From assembly GCF_009914755.1 (NCBI RefSeq), contig NC_060947.1: 64,000 nt of DNA; one strand, given 5' to 3'. The first letter of the stretch is position 1, and each line of letters starts with the position of its first letter. Shown here piece after piece: positions 58,816 to 64,000 of the stretch. Made by a program: the position numbers and the translations under genes. The notes beneath the pieces are model-generated. The model saw nothing but the letters and a program-made list of their open reading frames with translations. It had not been told where the DNA came from and did no database searches. Origin of the DNA: the human T2T-CHM13v2.0 reference genome, Homo sapiens.

Positions 58816-60813
58816 ACCAAGCTTTAATTAAATACAATGAGGGAGAAGTACCCAGGAGATGAGTTGAGAAAGTAAGCATCTTAGGTTTAGAGCAACAGAA
58901 TTAAAATTCTTTGTCTCTGACACTCAATGCTGAGAGTATTTCCACTTACCAGTTGTGAGGAGGCCTGACTCTCAGTGAATCCAGCCCTTCAGTGAGTCTC
59001 TATATGGTGATTTTTCTCCCACCACTCTTCAGCTAACCAAGATCAGCAACTATAGAGCTAAATCCTCAGCCATGATGAAAATCTGCTTTCTCTCATGATG
59101 ACATGTCTGTCTAATTTGATTATTACCTTTCCCTGACATTTCTTGGCATCATGTGAGTTCTGCCTCACGTCTATAACTTGTCTAAAGTCCATGTAGTTAT
59201 GGTTCAGTGGATAGATCGCCAGTTTAGAAGATCACCAACTTCTGAACGGCTCTGCAAGTTAGATGCCTGATGACTGAAAAGGCAAATAACCTCTTTGAGG
59301 ATTTTATCTGGTTTGGTCCAAATTTTACTCTAATTCATTGAGGACTTGATGATTTCTTTTGTTTATTTGTTTCATCATTTGATTTTTTACTTCTTTATTT
59401 TTCCATGATTTTTGTTGTCAATTGTTTTCAAGGAAAGAAGTGATACAATTTTATGTATCTATTTCCAATCTCATTAACTAATCAAGTAAGCATGTTATAG
59501 ATAATTTGGCCCGTGGAGAAAATAAGAAAAGAAATAAAAGGTATCAATTGTTTTCAACTATCTGATGAAAAAATATGGGATCCTAGAAAGATAAAATCAT
59601 AGATTATAACTCAAAAAAAGCCCTAAAAGCCAGTTAATTCCCAACTTCTTTATTTCATAAGATTGGGAAACTAATAGAAACACATTTGTTCATGCTATGC
59701 TTTTTCAATTCACATTGCAGGACAGGAGAAAACAAACTTAAAACATGTACAAACAGTACTCTCAAGTTAGAAGCCAAAGAATTTCTAGTATACGTGCTAA
59801 GTAGGACATTGGAAGCAGATTTAGTTAATTCTGTAGATTCAGAAGCAAAATAGTTCCAACAACTAGTTGTATTATGTTTCAGCAAAGCTGGTTCAATCCT
59901 GAACTATTCTGATGGCTAGAGTCTCATAAATGCAAGCTGCTCATTTATAAAGTGGTCCTGTGTAGAGCGACCACAGATGAAAAACAGCTACTGTGTCCTT
60001 CAGGCTTTTCAATTTCTTTAAACAAATCTGTCTGTGTCAGTGTGTTATTCATAGCAATTTCAATTTCTCTGAATATATTTTGGGCCAGAAATGGAAAAGG
60101 AATTAATAACAAAGGGACATGGGAAAAGACTGAGGCAGATATTGTGGGCATAGGACTTCTAAAAAGATAATCTTTCAACCATGTGTTTTCTTAATACCTG
60201 TAATAGTCACAAAAGAGTGATTAAAGAAACCATATCTGATCTTAAAAGCATAACATATCCATGTTTATTTTTGATTATGTGAGCAAGGGTATCCCACAAA
60301 GAAATTAGAAAGAAACATATAAAAGCAAGTTGATAAGATGGACAGTTAATAGGAATGCTCTAGATAGAGATTTTAGCTCAGTTCAGAAGATGTGCAAAAA
60401 CTGATTTCCCTCAACACTAAAAGTAAGCGTTAAAAATCTCCCATGCTAGTCAATTACAGTGTTCATTCTCCAACAGTTTTCAGCCTGTGGGCAGTGAAGT
60501 TGGAATTAAAGAGCAATCACCTTATAAAAAGAGCTTAATGTAGTTTACAACCCTTATTTATATCATCTTCTTAAATGCTGGAATGCTTCATTCAATATAG
60601 TATAGCATAGACTATTTTTATAAGTCTTGCTTATAAAACTGCAATCACTGTGCAATTAAAATACCACTGCAATTAAAGTGTGTGTAATGGAACATTCAGA
60701 AATGCACACATGACTTTCCTTTATAACCACCAAGGGAAACATTTTATATTCAAGTCTTCCGACTTATAAGATTCATTCGGCTAACAAGGGAACTTCTTTA
60801 TTCACACAATATC

Positions 60814-60816
<3 letters not shown>

Positions 60817-60851
<35 letters not shown>
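60817..60851. repeat. (CA)n microsatellite
   Basis: Directly visible. Confidence 0.9.
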
Positions 60852-60852
<1 letters not shown>

Positions 60853-62071
60853 CTACTGTGGGGTGTTATATGTTTACAAACATCCAAATGAAAATTTCAG
60901 AAGTTTATGTTTTCAAAGTTTGAATTGCTATGTGAAGATAAAATTCATTTGGTGGTATTTTTAGATTGTTCTTTTATTTCTTTATTTTTTTCAAATGAGA
61001 AGAGAAAGTGAGCAACATCACTGCACCAGATATTACACTAATTGCTTTATGTAAGTTATTTTAATTGAATCCCAAAAAAGGTTGGCAAGGTAGTTCTTTT
61101 CTTTCAGTTTCAAAGGGGAGGAGATTTAGGTTTGAAGAGGCAAAGTTACTTGCAGCTAATAAGTTTTGGGGCTGGAATGCAAACTTAGGTCTCTCTAGTA
61201 GCAAAACTCTTGTTCAAATATAAACTCCATTCGCTTAGCATTATTTCTACTGTAAATATATATAGTTAATGTATTTGGAAATTTTTTTAGTTATTAGACA
61301 GACTCTGTGTGAAAAATTCCCCATGCATTTTGAATGTGTTTTACCTAAATATAGACACAACCTTACAGATGATCCAGCTTCACATCCTTATTTTTAAAGG
61401 AAAGGTTATGGGAATCTGGGAATTTGAGGTGATTATCTCAAGTTCTCAACAAGTGAAAAAGGAGAGTCAAGTTCAGAATCCTAGAAAACCTAACAACCAG
61501 CTTGTTTTTTATTGATTTCAAGTTGCCAAGAACCTTTAGTTTAATGACTATGTAAGTATTGTAGATTCCAAATGTTGATTATGAATATTTCAGCATATTA
61601 GCTCAACAAATCTGGATTGAACAACCACTTACATACCACATTAAGCACCAAGGGCACAGATATTACTAGGCATTCCTGAGTTGATCTTCCAGATTACTAG
61701 GCATTCCTATGTTGATTTTCCAGATGATCTCATTTTTTCTCTGCATAATAAGATAAACTACTGCAGAGGATTGCTGTGAAGATTAAGTGAGAAAATTTAT
61801 GTGAAATACTTAAAACAATCCATAACATATAGTTAATAGTTAAGTATTATTATCGCTAATATCATCAAACTAGCCCTCCTACTCTCCATCCATTGCATGC
61901 GTGCACTGCCTATCTCCCCTGTGGAGATACAGTTCTATTTCCTAAAGCTGCTTACAAAACAAAAAGAACTGTAATAGATAAGTTAAGTAAAGGGTACGCT
62001 GCATTTGATTTGAGAATAGAGCGAATTTAGATTGTTAAAAAAAACTTTTCTCTTTGATTTCTTCTAAGGAC

Positions 62072-62918
62072 TGTGGTGCACAGCCCCTAAGGTGACCCTC
62101 ATGATTCCCAGTCTCTGATATTTCATGCCCTTTATAATCCCCTCCCTTAGAGTGTGGATAGGACCTGTGACTTGCTCTAGCCATAAAATATGGCAAAGGT
62201 GAAGGGACTTTGTGGATGTAATTAAGATCCCAAATCAGTATATACTGAAATAATCATAAGGGAGAGTACCCAAGATGTGTCTGACCTAATCAGATGAATC
62301 CCTTTAAAATGAGTCTAGGATGGTCCTCCCTGAGGTGACTTGTAAAAGTATGTGGCCGTGTTGACAAAGCCTATGTGGCAGGAACTAGAACAGGTGTGTC
62401 CAATTTTTTGGCTTCCCTGGGCCACATTGGAAGAAGAATTGTCTTGGGCCACACACAAAATACACTAACACTAATGATAGCTGATGAGCTTTTAAAAAAT
62501 TGCAAAAAAAAAAAAAAAAAAAAAAAAACTCATAATGTTTTCAGAAAGTTTACAAATTTGTGTTGGGCCCCATTCAAAGCCGTCCCGGGCTCACGCTACC
62601 TGTGGGCCGCGGGTTGGACAAACTTGCTCTAGAACCTAAAGGCAGCCTCTGGTTGACAGATAGCAAAACCTCAGGACCCTCAGTCATACGGGTGCAAGGA
62701 AATTAATTCTTCCAACAAACTGAAATGGTTTAGAAGCAGATTTTTTCCTGTCAGGCCTCCAGACAAGAATATAGCCCAGTCAACACCTTGATTGACGTCT
62801 TGTGAGAATCTGAGAAGAAACCTGTATTTCTGACCCATGAAAACTGTGAGATAATAAATATGTGTGGTATTAAGCTGCTAAATTGGTGATAATTTGTTAC
62901 AGAGCGTAGAAACTAATA
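62072..62918 (+). mobile_element. MLT1D/E LTR, split by MER30
   Basis: ataatcccctcccttagagtgtgg...acctgtgacttgc; aactgtgagataataaat...taagctgctaaat. Confidence 0.8.
62391..62626 (+). mobile_element. MER30 hAT element
   Basis: caggtgtgtccaat...ttggacaaacttg terminal inverted repeats; 8-bp TSD aactagaa / ctctagaa. Confidence 0.9.
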
Positions 62919-64000
62919 TGGGGTTATGCTTTATTTCATTTGTCCTTCTCCAAAGCATTAATGGTGTTGCAGACTAGAAGCAAAGAATAAGACACTTCCA
63001 TATGGACGGGAAGGAAAGAATAGCTTTTTAGTTTACATATTAGGGAATAAAACAATAGAGAAAACAATTCTTCAGTTTGGACAGTAATTTTCTTGTAATT
63101 AACTTTAAACCACCAAGCAAGTTACCTCTGACCAGAGATTTCTTCATGTTTAGCCCATTTCTTTCCCTGAAATGCCCACTCCTACCTGTTCCTGTGCTTC
63201 AACACAATGAAGGAAATTTTTTAAATGCTGCTGTCCTAATGATAACACAGAATTGTCCAAATGTCTTCATATAAATGGTCTAATTTGAGTTCCATAACAA
63301 TTTTGTGAGGCAAGAACAAAACAAATGTGAGATTCTCAAATTCAGGTGGCATAGTTGTAAACTCAGTGGTCATCCATGGTTCTGAAAGCATCAGAGGCCC
63401 TCAGAAAGTGCTTAAATGAAACAGAATTATTTTGTCAGTTGCAAAATATTATGGTTCTAAGAGAATAAATGACTTGCCCCGCAAAGCCTGTACCCAAAAG
63501 TACAAGAATTAAAACTCAGGCCATCCACAACAGAGGCCATTTTTTTTTGTGATAGTATTTTACCTCTAAAAAGGAAACACATTTAGCTATTAACAGCCAT
63601 TAACCTTTCTGCTTAAATTTGCATCTCCCCTTAGCAGAGAACCCTGAAGGAAGAGGTGCCAGGAGAGATGAAAGGAAATATCATGGGAATGGAGTGCTGT
63701 TCAGCCTGCGGAATGTCTGGAATATCTGAGAAGCAGCAGGACAACAGTCGATGCCTCTAGGTAGATGTGCCTTCTGACAAAGCGAAGATGGGTTGGTAAA
63801 CAAAATGTTAACATTTTAAGGAAAATTACCTGTTTATTACTTTTTCTAGCATGGCCTTTGAAAATGCAAAGCAATAATTGTCCTTTTGAAAATGGATTTC
63901 CAAAAGCATTGAAAAATAATTTTGCTTACCAACACTTTATCTTATTCTGATGTAACCTCAAGCAATGCTTCATCATTTAAGTCCCTGTCTCAATGAGAGT

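Overview
Primate (human-like) genomic DNA, AT-rich and dense in interspersed repeats. There is one clear protein-coding gene: an intronless DCAF8-derived retrogene on the minus strand (ATG 44142 to stop 42340, 600 aa). It matches my recollection of DCAF8L1/WDR42B (Xp21), a WD40 CRL4-DDB1 substrate receptor. Its promoter region has CCAAT boxes and a perfect CRE. Its probable 3' UTR contains a 265-bp copy of the gene's own coding sequence and a 112-bp tandem array carrying poly(A) signals. The rest of the window is Alu, L1, L2, MIR, MaLR/ERVL/ERVK/ERV1 LTRs and DNA transposons. The most unusual pattern is a recurring set of short, same-orientation copies of sequence located 0.5-3 kb away (apparent templated insertions). 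Other oddities are a polyadenylated MER4 ERV fragment, two inverted MER11 solo LTRs and a twin-primed L1. Repeat subfamily names come from remembered consensus sequences, not from a RepeatMasker run, and boundaries of old repeats are approximate.
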